Part shown: in pieces, positions 39,867 to 52,342 of the stretch
Numbering within the stretch: the first letter of the stretch is position 1
Layout: the number at the start of each line of letters is the position of its first letter
Source of the DNA: an uncultured delta proteobacterium
GTDB lineage: Bacteria; Myxococcota_A; UBA9160; SMWR01
Reading direction: 5' to 3'
NCBI GenBank assembly: GCA_963832165.1
Contig: CAWHTE010000001.1
Span: 160,001-224,000, forward strand
Length of the DNA: 64,000 nt
Translations under genes and position numbers: made by a program
The notes under the pieces: model-generated
Told to the model about the DNA's origin: nothing
The model's input: the letters and a program-made list of their open reading frames with translations, nothing else
The model's database searches: none

Positions 39867-41786
39867 GTGCTGCGCCTGTCCGACGTCCCGCGGTGGCTGG
39901 TCGCGCTGGCCGCGCTGCTCCTGGCCGCGCCCGCCGCGCGCGCGCTCACGTACGAGCCGGTCTACCGCGTGTCCGAGATCTCCGTCGAGTACTCGCTCGA
40001 GAGCCCTCAGCACGTCCCGATCGACGAGGTGCTCGATCTCGAGGTGGGGCTGCGCCGCGCGGAAGAGGCCTACGTGGCGCCGCGCCCGGTCGACCGCACG
40101 GTGCGCATGCGGCTCTCCGCGCTGCCGCGCGACGCCTCGTTCGGCGCTTCCGCGCTGCTCCACATCAACCAGTCGATCGTCAGCGCGTTCAACCGGCGCG
40201 GCATCAACGGCGTGATCGTGACGGTGCCCGACGTCGAAGAGGGCACGGGTCGCGACCTGCGCCCGCCCGGCGAGACGCGGCTGCGGCTGCGGATCTGGAC
40301 CGGACAGGTGTCGCGCGTCGCGAGCATTGCGGACGGCGAGCGCTTCGGCGGACTCACGGTCGACGAGCGCACCAACCACGCGGCGCATGCGTGGATCCGC
40401 GAGCGCGCGCCGGTGCGCCCGGGCGGGCCGCGCGGGCTGCTCTCCGTCGCCGCGCTCGAAGACTACGCGGCCGAGATCTCGCGCCATCCGGGCCGGCGCA
40501 TGGACATCGAGGTGGCGCCGGGTCCGCGCACGGGCACGACCGCGGTGAATCTGCGCATCACCGAGGCCAAGCCCTGGTACGCCTACGCGCAGTACGCGAA
40601 CACGGGCACCTCGACCACGACGATGAACCGCGAGCGCTTCGGCTTCACGCACAACCAGCTGCTCGGCCGCGACGACACCCTGCACCTCGACTACACGACG
40701 GGCGACTTCGACGAGGTGCACGCGGTGAGCACCGCGTACTCGGCGCCGTTCGACCTGCGCGACCCCGAGTGGCACTACTGGCGCTATGCCTTCGGCGGCG
40801 GCTACAGCCAGTTCGACGCGCGCGAAGCGGGCTTCACCGCGACCGGAGTCGAGGGCGAGGACGCGAACGCGGGCGGCGAGGTCTCGCGGCAGCTGCTCCA
40901 GCACCACGAGCTGTTCGTCGACGCGGCGGCCGGTGCGCGCTGGCAGCACATCTCGGTCGAGAACCGCCAGCTCGTCGGCGCGGTGCTCGAGGCCGACATC
41001 GACTACGCGGTGCCGCACGTCGACCTGCGGCTCGTGCGCAACACCGCCACCTCGAGCCTGCGCGGTCGCGTCGGCGTGCTGGGCGGCTTCACCGACACGA
41101 GCGACTCCGACCTCGCGAGCGTGAGCACGGGCACGAACGTCTCGGGCCCGCCCGAGCTCGACGTGCTCGGCAACGCGCGCGCCGACGACGACTTCGCGCT
41201 GACGGGCTTCGACGCGAGCTACTCGTTCTACCTCGAGCCGCTGTTCGACCCGTACGGCTGGCGCGATCCGAACCGCAAGACGAGCGGCGCGCTCGCGCAC
41301 GAGATCGCGGTGCTCGCGCGCGGGCAGTGGGCGATGAACCACCGCCTCGTGCCGCATTTCCAGCAGGTGGCCGGCGGCTTCACGACCGTGCGCGGCTACA
41401 AGCAGTCGGCCGTGGTCGGCGACGATCTCCTGCTCGGCTCGGTCGAGTACCGCTTCCACCTGCCGCGCCTGTTCTCGCCCGACTCGTCGCCGCCCGAGCT
41501 GCCGGGCATGGGCGCGTTCCGGCTGCGCCCGACGCACGTCTGGGATACGCCCGACTGGGATCTGATCTTCCGCGTGTTCAGCGACGCGGCCTACGTCGAG
41601 GCGAGCCGTGCGCTCGACAGCGAGCCGGACGAGACGCTCGTCTCCGCGGGCGGCGGCGTCGAGCTCACGGTGCTGCGAAACCTCACGCTGCGCGCCGACG
41701 TCGGACACACGCTGGGCAACCTCTCGGCGCGCGGCAACCAGGCCGGCGATACGCGCGCGCACGTGGCGGCCACGGTTCTCTATTAG
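39867..41786 (+). CDS. TpsB (ShlB/FhaC/HecB) outer-membrane translocator
   Basis: Signal peptide, POTRA-like region, NTGT..T...R, TVRGY loop motif, C-terminal aromatic residue; directly precedes TpsA. Confidence 0.85.
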   Translation: MLRLSDVPRWLVALAALLLAAPAARALTYEPVYRVSEISVEYSLESPQHVPIDEVLDLEVGLRRAEEAYVAPRPVDRTVRMRLSALPRDASFGASALLHINQSIVSAFNRRGINGVIVTVPDVEEGTGRDLRPPGETRLRLRIWTGQVSRVASIADGERFGGLTVDERTNHAAHAWIRERAPVRPGGPRGLLSVAALEDYAAEISRHPGRRMDIEVAPGPRTGTTAVNLRITEAKPWYAYAQYANTGTSTTTMNRERFGFTHNQLLGRDDTLHLDYTTGDFDEVHAVSTAYSAPFDLRDPEWHYWRYAFGGGYSQFDAREAGFTATGVEGEDANAGGEVSRQLLQHHELFVDAAAGARWQHISVENRQLVGAVLEADIDYAVPHVDLRLVRNTATSSLRGRVGVLGGFTDTSDSDLASVSTGTNVSGPPELDVLGNARADDDFALTGFDASYSFYLEPLFDPYGWRDPNRKTSGALAHEIAVLARGQWAMNHRLVPHFQQVAGGFTTVRGYKQSAVVGDDLLLGSVEYRFHLPRLFSPDSSPPELPGMGAFRLRPTHVWDTPDWDLIFRVFSDAAYVEASRALDSEPDETLVSAGGGVELTVLRNLTLRADVGHTLGNLSARGNQAGDTRAHVAATVLY

Positions 41787-41795
41787 GATGGAGCG

Positions 41796-44700
41796 ATGAT
41801 GCGGCGCGCGGCGATCGGTGGAACGGTGAGGCGCACGGGTGCGGGGCTCGCGCTCGCGGCGATCGCGTCCGCGCCCGCGTTCGCGGCCGAAGATGGGCAG
41901 GTGGTCTCGGGTGAGGCGACCTTCACGCAGAACGGCAGCGTCCTCCAGATCGACACCGCCACGCCGCAGACGATCATCAACTGGTGGGGCGGCTTCGACA
42001 TCGCGCCGGGCACGACGGTCCAGATCAATCAGCCGAGCTCGCTCTCGAACACCCTGAACCAGGACCTCTCGAGCGACCCGACCTGGATCCAGGGCACGCT
42101 GCTCTCGAACGGCGGCGTCTGGATCGCCAACCCCGTCGGCGTGTTCTTCGGCGATCAGGCGATCGTCGACGTGGGGCGGCTCGTCGCAGGCGCCGGCACC
42201 GTCGACGCGGAGGCGTTCCTCGCGGGCGTCGAGCGCTTCGACACATCTGACCGGGCCCGTCGAGGTCGGTGCGGGTGCGCAGATCCGCGCGGCCGACTCG
42301 GTGCTGCTCGTGGGTGCCGCGCTCGCGAACTACGGAAACATCAGCGCGACGGATGGCATGATCGCGATGGTCGCGGGCGGTGAGGTGCGGCTCGCGACCG
42401 TCGACAGCCGCGTGATCGTGACGGCCGACCGCGCGATCGCGCCCGATCCCGAGCGCTGGGCCGTCGTGCAGGCGGGCACGCTCGACGCGGGCGCGGGCCG
42501 CGTCTCGCTGACCGCGGGCGACGCCTACTCGCTCGCGATCAACCACAGCGGGATCACGCGCGCGCACGACATCGAGGTCGCGGGCGGCGACGGCAGCGTC
42601 GTGGAGGTTTCGGGCGAGCTCGATGCGAGCGCGACGGGCGCGGGCGAGACGGGTGGCCGGATCACGGTGCTCGGCGATCAGGTGGGCATCGGGGCCGCGA
42701 CGCTCGACGCGTCGGGCGACGCGGGCGGCGGCGAGATCCGCGTGGGCGGCGACCTGCAGGGCGGCGGCGACCTGCGCACGGCGCGGCGCACGATCGTGTC
42801 GCGCGACGCCGCGCTGCGCGCCGACGCGCTCACGACGGGCGACGGCGGCACGATCATCGTCTGGTCCGACGAGGCCACGCGCTTCTACGGCGCGCTTTCG
42901 GCGCGCGGCGGCGCCGTGGGCGGCGACGGCGGCTTCGCGGAGATCTCGGGCGCGAGCCTCGACTCGCGCGGAAGCGTCGACCTCGGCGCGAGTGCGGGAA
43001 GCACGGGCACGCTGCTCTACGACCCGAAGGACATCGTGCTGCACGCGGGAGCGCTCGACGGCACCGACGCGCCCGACGCGTCCGACACCACACTCTTCGG
43101 CCAGGAGCTCGGCCAGGTCTGGTACAGCAACCCGGGCGAGGACTTCACGCCGTTCGACGTCTACGAGTCGGAGCTCGAGGGCACGAACGCGAACATCCTG
43201 CTCCAGGCGACCAACAGCATCAGCTCGACCGAATCGTTCGCGGTGCAGCTCGTCGGCAGCAACTCGCTCGCGATGGTCACGCGCAACGCCGCCGGTGACG
43301 AGACTGGAACCACGCAGACGCCCGGCATCCACCTCGCGGGCGTCTCGTTCTCGACCACGGGCGGCGACATCAGCCTCACCACGGGCAATGGCAGCATCGA
43401 GGTGGGCGATCTCTCCACGCGGGGCGCAGACGGCGCGACGGGCGGCGCGGGTGGCGACGTGGCGATCACCGCGGGCAACACCGGCTCGCTCACGGTCGGC
43501 GCGATCGACGCGTCGGGCGGCACCGGCTCGGCGGGGCGCGGCGGCAACGGCGGAACGATCCGCCTGGTCGCCGACCTCGATCCGAATACGACGGCGTCCG
43601 GAACCGGCGCGCGCGTGGTCACGGTGAACGGCGATCTGTCCGCGCGCGGCGGCAGCGGCACGGGTGCGGCGACGGACACGATCGCCGAAGGCGGCAGCGG
43701 TGGGCAGATCGCGATCTCGGCCGGCGTGGTCGCGGACCAGGGCAGCGTCGTGCTCGGCTCGCTCGCGAATCCGGTGCGGCTCGATGCGAGCGGCGGCAAC
43801 GGCACCGCGGGCGGTGGCGACGCCTCGATCACGGCGATCCAGATCGCCGCGCGCGGCGACGTCGATGCACACGCGGAGCTCGTCGCAACGGGCGGTGACA
43901 CGAGCCCGAGCACGGGGCCCGGTGGATTCGGCGGTCAGGGCGGCGGCGTGTCGATCACCACCGAGGCCGGCAGCGTGACGCTCGCGGACACGGGCGCGCC
44001 CGCGATCGTTGCGGTCGACGGCGGCGACGGCCGCACCGACACGATCACGATCACGGACGGGGTGCCGCGCTTCGACGGCCAGGGCGGCAGCGCGGGGCGG
44101 CTCGACGTCACGGTCGCGGGGGCCGGCGAAGGGATCGCGGTGCTAGGTGGCGTGAGCGGCACGGGCGGCAGCGGCACGCTCGGCGCGGGCGGCGCCGGCG
44201 CCACCGTGACGCTCACCGCGGACGACGGCCCGATCGCGCTCGCGGACGTCGCCGTGAGCGGCGGATCGGGCACGGGCAGCGTCACGACGGCCGAGGGTGC
44301 GACCACCGCGACCGGTGTGAAGGGCGGCAGCGGCGGCAGCGTCACGATCACGGCGGAGGCGGGCGAGGGCGACACCGCCGCGGGCGGCGGCGACGTGTCG
44401 CTCGGCGGAAGCATCGTCTCGCTCGGCGGCGCGGGCGTCGCCCATCCCGACGGCGACATCGCCGATCCGAACGAGAACCACGGCACTCCGGGCGCCGTGC
44501 GGATCACGTCGCCGCGCGACATCGCGGCGGGCGTGGGCGCGATCGCGCCGAGCATCCAGGCCGGCACGATCGCACTCGACGGGCGCAACGTGTTCCCGGG
44601 CAGCGGCACGCCGCTCCTGCTCGCATCGTCGGGCGCGACCGCACCCGCGAGCTTCGTCGACACGGCGACCGTCACCGCGGGGCGCGACGAGACGGCGGCG

Positions 44701-47583
44701 ACGGGCGATGTACGCGTGCGGCTCGACGACAGCGAGCGCTTCGATCGCTTCGAAGTCGTCGAGACCGATGCGCGCGGAAGCGTGAACGTGCTGCGCGAGG
44801 ACGGCGCGACCGTGATCGCACGCGGCACGGGCGCGGGGACGGTCCACACGATCGAGCAGCTCACCACCAACGCGACCGATCCGCACTTCACGTACCGGCT
44901 CGCCGATCCGATCGTCTCCTCGAGCGGCGTCGAGCAGATCGACATCACGACGCTCGCGGTGGCGAGCGGCGCGGTGTCGCTGGGCGCGTCGGGCGGCACG
45001 CTCGCGAACTCGGCCGCCGATTCGACCCAGGTCGAGGGCGAGCGGCTGCTCGGCCGCATCCAGGGCTCGGGTGCGGGCCCGCACGTCACGACGGCGGGCA
45101 ACCTGCAGGTGTTCGCGACGAACATCGGCGACGAGACGCCGCTCGGGATCACGGGATCGGGACCCAACGTCGAGCTCGGCGCGGCGGGCGTCGTGCGCGC
45201 CGACGTCGGCGGCACGATCGCGCGCGTCGACCTCGTGCAGCGCAGCGCCGCAGGCGACACCAACCTCACCCTGCCGGGCGGAGGCGCCGCGGTGATCGAC
45301 GGCAGCGTGATCGACACGGGGGCGAGTCTGATCGAGACGTCGCGCATCACGAGCATCGACACGCGGCCCGCAGGTACGGAGTTCTACTATCACCTCGCCG
45401 ACAACTCCGTGTCCTCCGACGAGACGACGAGTGGCGAGCCGGTGCTGTCGGTCGCGAGCGGCGCCGTCACCGCAGGCGGCACGCTCGGGCTCGCCGCGAC
45501 GGGCGAGATCGAGCTCGAGCGCGGCGCGATCGATGCGGGCGGCGAGACCGTCGTGCTCGTGGCCGACTCGGATCGCGACAGCACGGGCGCGATCGATGCG
45601 CTGGCGACCGGCACCGCTCCGCACGTCGCGAACGCGGGCGCGCTCGTGGCGATCGCGGGTTCGGGCGTCGGCACCGAGGCGGCGCCGCTGCGCACGAGCG
45701 GCTCCGCGGGCAAGCTCGCGCTCGCGGGCAGCGGCGGCACGGGCGACTTCCGGATCGCCAACGAGGCGGGCCGGCTCTCCGTCGAGCGCATTCCGCTCAC
45801 GGGCTCGCTCCCGGTCGCGAACGCGGGCACGACCGACACCGTGACCTATCGCGGCCTGTACGCGGGCGGCGCCGTGGTGCTCGACAACAGCGCGGCATGC
45901 ACGGCCGGCCCGTGCGGGATCGAGCTGGGCGATGTCCAGGAGGCGATCGTCGGCGAGACGCTCGAGCGGGTCACGAGCGCTCCCTCGCTCGGGCTCACGG
46001 GCACCACGGTGGGCACCGACCTGCGCTACGGCTTCGGCGATCTGCGCATCCCGATCGCGGCGCTCACCACCGCGACCGCGAGCGCACCCACCGTGCAGAG
46101 CGGCGGCAGCCAGCGCTACGTCGGGCCCGTCGAGCTCTCGGCGGACTCGGCGCTCGTCGCGGGCTCGGGGGTGACGTTCGAGAACGATGTCGACTCGATC
46201 GGCCTGATCGCGCGCGACCTCGACGTGCGCGCGGGGGGTACCACCACGTTCGGAGCAAACGTCGGCACGAGCGCACCGCTCGACCGGCTCGCGGTCACCG
46301 ACGCGGAGTTCACGGCCGGCGTCCATACCGTGAACGTCGCGAGCGGCGACTTCCGCGCGATCGACGGGCCGGGGTCGCTCGAGCTGCGCGGTGTCGGGAC
46401 GGACTCCCGGATCGAGATCCGCGACAACGTGGGCGCGCGCACGCGGCTTTCGAGCTTCGACGCCGACGCGGAGCTGATCGTGTTCAGCTCGCGCGAGGAG
46501 GGCGGCGCGCTCGTCACGAGCGCGGACCGCGTCGTGGCCGACTCGATCGCGCTCAACGACGCAAATCCGAGCACCGATCCCGCCGCCACGATCGCCGATA
46601 CGACGGGCGGTCTCTCGCTCGAGAGCGCGGGCGACGTCGTGATGGGCGCGGGCGAGAAGCTCTCGAGCACGGGGCCGCTCGTGATCCGGGCCGGTGGCAC
46701 CGCGGCGCTCTCGGATCTGGCCGCGTCCGAGCTCGTCGTCGACGCGCCGCAGATCGTGATGCGAGGCCGCGATCCGGGGCCGGTCGAGCAGCCGGGCGGC
46801 ACGCTCGTGCAGGACAACGGGGTCGACTGGGTGGCCAACGACATCACTACGACGTCCGTGCCGCAATGGGACGGGGTCGGCACTCCGCCGACGTTCGTGC
46901 TCGGCAGCGGCGGCATCATCCTGCCCGGGCCCATTCCGCACGACGTGATCCGCTTCACGGCTGCCATCGACGAGATCCGCCCCGAGAGCTTCGCGGGGGA
47001 CGGGCACATCCTCGACCTCACGGGGCTCGGTCCGCGCGTCGTGTCCGACGCGCGCCGCGATGTACCTCAGGCGACACCGCCCGTGCTTCCGGGTCTCGCC
47101 GCGCGACCCGGCGACGAGCCGCCGAGCCCGCCTCGCGTGGTGTCGAGCCAGGAGGTGATCGCAGCGCTGCACTGCCGCACGGCCGTGGGTGATGTGTGTG
47201 TGCCCCCCGTCGGCGACGATCCGCTCGCGACCGAGCGCGCACACGAAATCGTGAAGCGCTACCGGTGGCTCGTCGCGAGCGATGAGGCGGTGCAGAGCCT
47301 GCGCGCATCGTTCGCTCCGCTCGCGTCGATGCCTTCGGGCGACGTCGACGCGCTGTCCCGCGCGCTCGCGCACGACCCCGCGGCCGGCGAGGCGCGCGCG
47401 CGGATCGGCGAGCTCGCGGTGACGCTCGCACAGGTCGAGCTGCTCGGGCTCGACGAGCAGGAGAGCGAGCGCGTGCGGCGCGAGATCGCGTCCGAGTTCG
47501 CGAGCGCGAGCGGGGTCGCGGGCCTCGGTGCCGACGCGGTGCTCGCCGCGGTCGAGGCGAGCGGCGTCGCGGCGCTGCCCTGA
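41796..47583 (+). CDS. TpsA filamentous-haemagglutinin-like exoprotein, ~1930 aa (frameshift near 42243)
   Basis: Signal peptide, TPS domain (IINW..FDI, G.L.SNG.V.IANPVGVFFG), GGDGGFAEISG, Gly-rich beta-helix repeats. Confidence 0.85.
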
Positions 47584-48615
47584 CTAACCGGGCGGAATCG
47601 CCGCCAGGAGAGCGCGCGCGACGCGCTCGGCGCCCTCGGACGACAGGTGGCTGTCGTACGGGCGCAGGAAGAGCTGCTCGACCGGCTGGCCCGTGAAGTC
47701 GGCGAGTGGCGATACGAACGCGAGCCCCTGCTCGGCGGCGATCGCGCGCAGGTGCACCTCGTCATCCGCCGGCAGGCCGCGCTCGAGCTTGTAGGCGTCG
47801 GGGATGTAGACGACCGTGAGCGAGATCCCGCGCGCTGCGAGCGTCGTGTGCAGGCGATCGAGCCACTGCGCATAACGGCCCCAGATCTCGTCCACGCGCT
47901 CGGCCGGTACGTCGAACGACGTGAGCGGCTCGTCGAGCCCGCCTTTGCGAAGCTGGCGCCAATGCTTCCAGCGGACCTGCCCGCGCAGATAGAGCTCGTA
48001 GAGCGCGCTCGAGACCACCAGCTCGTGAAACGGTCCGAAGCCCCTCATGACGGTGTTCTTCTGACCCTCGTATACGGGGAGCCCGGGGCGGATCAGATCG
48101 CGGATGTCGTTGGCGCAGAACGCGAGCACGACCGAATCGGGCTCGAGCGCGAGCGCGCGCTCCTCGAGGAACAGCGTCTCCGAGGCGATCGACCAGCCGC
48201 CGCTGCCCGCGTTCACGACCTCGACGTCGCGACCCGCGCCGCGCAGCAGCGCTTCGAGCCGAGCGGGCCACGTCTCCTCTTCTTCGAGGTAGTAGCCGAA
48301 CGTCATCGAGTCGCCGAGCGCGAGGATACGCGTGCGCCCGGGCGGAGGCGTGCGCTCGATCTCGGGCCCGCGCAGCCCGAGCGAGTTGATGTTCACGTGA
48401 TAGGCGAGCTCGGGCGGCCACATCACGGTGGCGCGCGCGTTCGGGCGGAATACGCCGATCGCCTCCTGCCAGCGCTGCGCATCGAAGTTGAGCAGCTTGC
48501 TGAACGAGCGCACGCGATCGGTCGGCCAGCCCGCGAGCCGGAGGCCACCCTCGAGCAGCGCCAGCGGCGCGATCGAGATGAGCGCGGTCGCGACCGCCTG
48601 ACGCAGGAATTTCAA
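47584..48615 (-). CDS. SGNH/GDSL hydrolase family membrane-anchored protein
   Basis: N-terminal TM, NSLGLRG, LGDSMTFG, VNAG, AND and DSH motifs. Confidence 0.85.
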   Translation of the reverse strand: MKFLRQAVATALISIAPLALLEGGLRLAGWPTDRVRSFSKLLNFDAQRWQEAIGVFRPNARATVMWPPELAYHVNINSLGLRGPEIERTPPPGRTRILALGDSMTFGYYLEEEETWPARLEALLRGAGRDVEVVNAGSGGWSIASETLFLEERALALEPDSVVLAFCANDIRDLIRPGLPVYEGQKNTVMRGFGPFHELVVSSALYELYLRGQVRWKHWRQLRKGGLDEPLTSFDVPAERVDEIWGRYAQWLDRLHTTLAARGISLTVVYIPDAYKLERGLPADDEVHLRAIAAEQGLAFVSPLADFTGQPVEQLFLRPYDSHLSSEGAERVARALLAAIPPG

Positions 48616-49460
48616 TGCGCGCGCCCCAGCCGCGCCCGCAGCGTTTCGCATCGCTGCTCGAGCGCGGTCGCGGTGTCGGCGTCGCCCGCGTGCTCGATCG
48701 CGGCCTCGAGATCGGCGATCGCGGGCGCGAGCCAGCCGAGCTGCTGATACACGAGTGCGCGATCGCGCAGCGCGGTCGACTCGCTCGGAGTGAGCAGTAC
48801 GATCCGATCGCAGCACGCGAGCAGGCGCTCCACGTCGCCGCTGCTCGCGAAGATCCGCTGCAGATTCGAGAGCATGCGCACGAGGATCTCGCGCGCACTC
48901 GCGTCGCGCAAGTGCAACTCGCGGCGCAGCTGCGCACCGGGACCGAGCACGTTTGCTAGGCGAGTCTCGCACTCGCCGAGCGTGATCGTGCGGCCGTGGA
49001 ATGCGTCGACGATCTGCTCGTGGGGGCCCGCGCAGCGCACGAGGAAGTGGCCCGGAAACGAGATGCCGCGCGCGTCGAGTCCCGCGCGGCGCGCGACCGC
49101 CATGTAGACGATCGCGAGCGTGATGGGGATGCCACAGCGACGAGCGAGGACGTCGCTCAGGTAGCTGTTGCGCGGATCGTAGTACTCGCTCGCGCCCGCG
49201 AAGCCCTCCTCGCCGAACAGGAAGCGGTTGAGCCGCTCCACGCGCGCGGCGTCCTCGGACTCGCCCGCGAGCCGCTCGACCGCGCGCAGGCCCAGCTCGT
49301 CGAGCACGGCGCGGACCGTCTCGAGGTCGAGGGCCGGGTATTCCTCGGCGGCGATCAGGATCGCCCCGAGCTCGAGATCGACCGGGCCGAGATCGGCGTC
49401 GCGTCGGCTCGCGAGTTCCGCGAAGAGTTCGCGCGCCGAGCGCGTGGTCGAGGCGGCCAT
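48612..49460 (-). CDS. SirB1/YchA family transglutaminase-like protein with TPR
   Basis: YYDPRNSYL..VL..R.GIPITL and FPGHFL motifs; C-terminal TPR. Confidence 0.88.
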   Translation of the reverse strand: MAASTTRSARELFAELASRRDADLGPVDLELGAILIAAEEYPALDLETVRAVLDELGLRAVERLAGESEDAARVERLNRFLFGEEGFAGASEYYDPRNSYLSDVLARRCGIPITLAIVYMAVARRAGLDARGISFPGHFLVRCAGPHEQIVDAFHGRTITLGECETRLANVLGPGAQLRRELHLRDASAREILVRMLSNLQRIFASSGDVERLLACCDRIVLLTPSESTALRDRALVYQQLGWLAPAIADLEAAIEHAGDADTATALEQRCETLRARLGRAH

Positions 49461-49487
49461 GCCCGGTTTAGCGTAGCCTCACGCGCC

Positions 49488-51437
49488 GTGAGCGCTCCCC
49501 TCTGGCAGCCCACGGCCGAGCAGATCGAGCGCGCGCAGTGGACCGCGTTCCGGCGCCGCGCCGAGGTGCGCACGGGGCGCGATCTCTCCGATCCGAGCGC
49601 GCTGCATCGCTGGTCGATCGACGAGCCGGCCGCGTTCTGGGAGCTCGTGTGGTCGTTCGCCGAGCTGCGCGGCGACGGCCCCGGTCCCGCGCTCGAGAGC
49701 CGACGCACGCGCGCGATGCCGGGCGTGCGCTGGTTTCCCGAGGCGCGGATCAACTTCGCGGAGAACCTGCTGCGCAAGAGCGGCAGCGAGCCCGCGCTGA
49801 TCTTCCGCGCCGAGGACCAGCGCGAGGGCGCATGGAGCTGGGACGAGCTCGCGGGCGCGGTGGCCGCGTGCGCCGCGTGGCTGCGCGAGCGCGGTGTGCG
49901 CCCGGGCGATCGCGTCGCGGGCTGGCTGCCGAACGGTCCGCACGCGATCGCGGCGATGCTCGCGAGCGCGAGCGTCGGCGCGGTGTGGACGTCGTGCTCG
50001 CCCGATTTCGGGGCGCGCGGTGTGATCGATCGCTTCGGCCAGATCGAACCCGTCGTGCTATTCGCGGCCGACGGCTATTTCTACAACGGCCGCGCGCACG
50101 ACGTCCTGCCCCGGCTCGACGAGGTGCGCGCACAGCTCCCGAGCCTGCGCGAGACCGTGCTCGTGCCGTGGGCGAGTGCCGATCCGCCGCTCGCGGGCGG
50201 CGTGCAGCGTTGGGACGACGCCCTGGCGCCGCACACGGGCGCCGCGCTCGCGTTCGACCGCCTGCCGTTCGACCACCCGCTCTACGTGCTCTATTCGAGC
50301 GGCACGACCGGCCCTCCCAAGTGCATCGTGCACGGCGCGGGCGGCACGCTCTTGCAGCACCAGAAAGAGCAGCTGCTGCACGTCGACCTGCGCGCGCGCG
50401 ATCGGTTCTTCTACTTCACCACGTGTGGCTGGATGATGTGGAACTGGCTCGCGTCGGGGCTCGCGTGCGGTGCGACGCTCCTGCTCTACGACGGATCTCC
50501 CTCGCATCCCGAGATCGGCACGCTGTTCCAGTGGGCCGAGCGCGAGCGGGTCGCGGTGTTCGGCACCTCGGCGAAGTTCATCGACGCGGTCGCGAAGTCG
50601 GGGTTCGCGCCGCGCGAGCACTGCGACCTCTCGCGCGTGCGCGCGATCCTGTCGACGGGCTCCCCGCTCTCGCCCGAGGGCTTCGACTTCGTGTACGAGC
50701 ACGTGGCGCCGCACGCGCAGCTCGCGTCGGTGTCGGGCGGAACCGACATCGTCTCGTGCTTCGTGATCGGTTGCCCGGTCGCGCCGGTCTGGCGCGGCGA
50801 GATCCAGATGCCCGGGCTCGGCATGGCCGTGGACGTGTTCGACGACGCGGGGCGCCCGCTGCGCGGTGAGAAGGGTGAGCTCGTGTGCACGAGGCCGTTC
50901 CCGTCGATGCCGACGGGATTCTGGAACGATCCGGACGGCGCGCGCTATCGCAAGGCCTACTTCGAGCGCTTCCCGGGCATCTGGTGTCACGGCGACTACG
51001 CCGAGTGGACCGAGCACGGCGGCATCGTCATCCACGGCCGCTCCGACGCGGTACTGAATCCCGGCGGCGTGCGGATCGGCACCGCGGAGATCTATCGCCA
51101 GGTGGAGCAGCTCGAGGAGGTGGTCGAGTCGCTCGTGATCGCGCAGGAGTGGCGGGGCGATCAGCGCGTGGTGCTGTTTGTGCGCCTGCGCGACGGGCTC
51201 GCGCTCGACGACGCGCTGCGCGCCCGGATCTGCGAGCGCGTGAAGCGCGGCGCGAGCCCGCGCCACGTGCCCACGCGGATCGTGCAGGTGCCCGACATCC
51301 CGCGCACGCGCAGCGGCAAGATCGTCGAGCTCGCCGTGCGAGACGTGGTGCACGGGCGCGCGGTCAAGAACCGCGAGGCACTCGCGAATCCCGAGGCGCT
51401 CGAGCACTTCGCCGGGCGCGAGGAGCTCTCCAGCTGA
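49488..51437 (+). CDS. Acetoacetate-CoA ligase
   Basis: [30 protein letters not shown] and [15 protein letters not shown] motifs. Confidence 0.92.
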   Translation: MSAPLWQPTAEQIERAQWTAFRRRAEVRTGRDLSDPSALHRWSIDEPAAFWELVWSFAELRGDGPGPALESRRTRAMPGVRWFPEARINFAENLLRKSGSEPALIFRAEDQREGAWSWDELAGAVAACAAWLRERGVRPGDRVAGWLPNGPHAIAAMLASASVGAVWTSCSPDFGARGVIDRFGQIEPVVLFAADGYFYNGRAHDVLPRLDEVRAQLPSLRETVLVPWASADPPLAGGVQRWDDALAPHTGAALAFDRLPFDHPLYVLYSSGTTGPPKCIVHGAGGTLLQHQKEQLLHVDLRARDRFFYFTTCGWMMWNWLASGLACGATLLLYDGSPSHPEIGTLFQWAERERVAVFGTSAKFIDAVAKSGFAPREHCDLSRVRAILSTGSPLSPEGFDFVYEHVAPHAQLASVSGGTDIVSCFVIGCPVAPVWRGEIQMPGLGMAVDVFDDAGRPLRGEKGELVCTRPFPSMPTGFWNDPDGARYRKAYFERFPGIWCHGDYAEWTEHGGIVIHGRSDAVLNPGGVRIGTAEIYRQVEQLEEVVESLVIAQEWRGDQRVVLFVRLRDGLALDDALRARICERVKRGASPRHVPTRIVQVPDIPRTRSGKIVELAVRDVVHGRAVKNREALANPEALEHFAGREELSS

Positions 51438-51442
51438 GCCGG

Positions 51443-52342
51443 GTGACTCCGCGCATCGCAGTGCACGGCGGCGCGGGCCGCGTTCCCGACGACGCTGCCC
51501 GCGCGCAGCGCGAGGCCGAGGGGCTGCGCGCCGCGCTCGTTGCGGGCGGAGATCCCCTCGCTGCGGGCGGGAGTGCGCTGGACGCGGTGGTGGCCGCGGT
51601 GAGGGAGCTCGAGCGCTGCGAGGTGTTCAACGCGGGGCGCGGCGGTGCGCTCGACCGCGACGGCGGCATCGCGCTCGATGCAGTCGCGATGGACGGCAGT
51701 GCGCGGCGCGCGGGCGGCGTGATCGGCGTCGCGCGGGTCGCGCAGCCGATCGACGCAGCGCTCGCGGTGCTGCGCGACGGACGCCACGTGCTGCTCGCGG
51801 GCGAGGGCGCCGAGCAGTTCGCGCGCGCGGCGGGTCTCGCGATGGTCGAGCCCGCGTTCCACATCACCGACGAGCGGCGCGCACAGCTCGCGCGCGCACT
51901 CGAGGAACGCCCGCGATCGGGCGGCACGGTCGGTGCGGTCGCATGCGATGCGCAGGGTCATCTCGCCGCGGCGACTTCGACCGGAGGACTCGTCGCGCGC
52001 CTGCCCGGGCGCGTTGCCGACAGCGCGCTGCCCGGCAGCGGCACCTGGGCCGACGACGCCACCTGCGCCGTCTCGGCGACCGGTTACGGGGACTTCTTCA
52101 TCCGCGCGGGCTTCGCGCGCGACGTCGACGCGCGCATGCGCTACGGCGGCCGCGACCTCGACACCGCGTGCGCCGAGGCGCTCGCGGAGGTGGCCGCGCT
52201 CGGCGGCAGCGGAGGCTGCATCGCGATCGACGCGCACGGCCGCATCGCGTTCCACTTCGACACACCCGACATGCCGCGCGGCCTGCGCGTGGGCTCGGGC
52301 GAGGCGAAGGTCGCGGTGTACGGCCGCGGCGATCCGACCTAA
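51443..52342 (+). CDS. iaaA: Isoaspartyl peptidase/L-asparaginase (Ntn hydrolase)
   Basis: [21 protein letters not shown] (catalytic Thr) and ATSTGG motifs. Confidence 0.9.
   Translation: MTPRIAVHGGAGRVPDDAARAQREAEGLRAALVAGGDPLAAGGSALDAVVAAVRELERCEVFNAGRGGALDRDGGIALDAVAMDGSARRAGGVIGVARVAQPIDAALAVLRDGRHVLLAGEGAEQFARAAGLAMVEPAFHITDERRAQLARALEERPRSGGTVGAVACDAQGHLAAATSTGGLVARLPGRVADSALPGSGTWADDATCAVSATGYGDFFIRAGFARDVDARMRYGGRDLDTACAEALAEVAALGGSGGCIAIDAHGRIAFHFDTPDMPRGLRVGSGEAKVAVYGRGDPT

Noticed and set aside
41796..48615. Contact-dependent inhibition (CdiBAI) locus
   Set aside because: No pretoxin motif and no co-oriented immunity ORF; the following gene is a convergent SGNH hydrolase.
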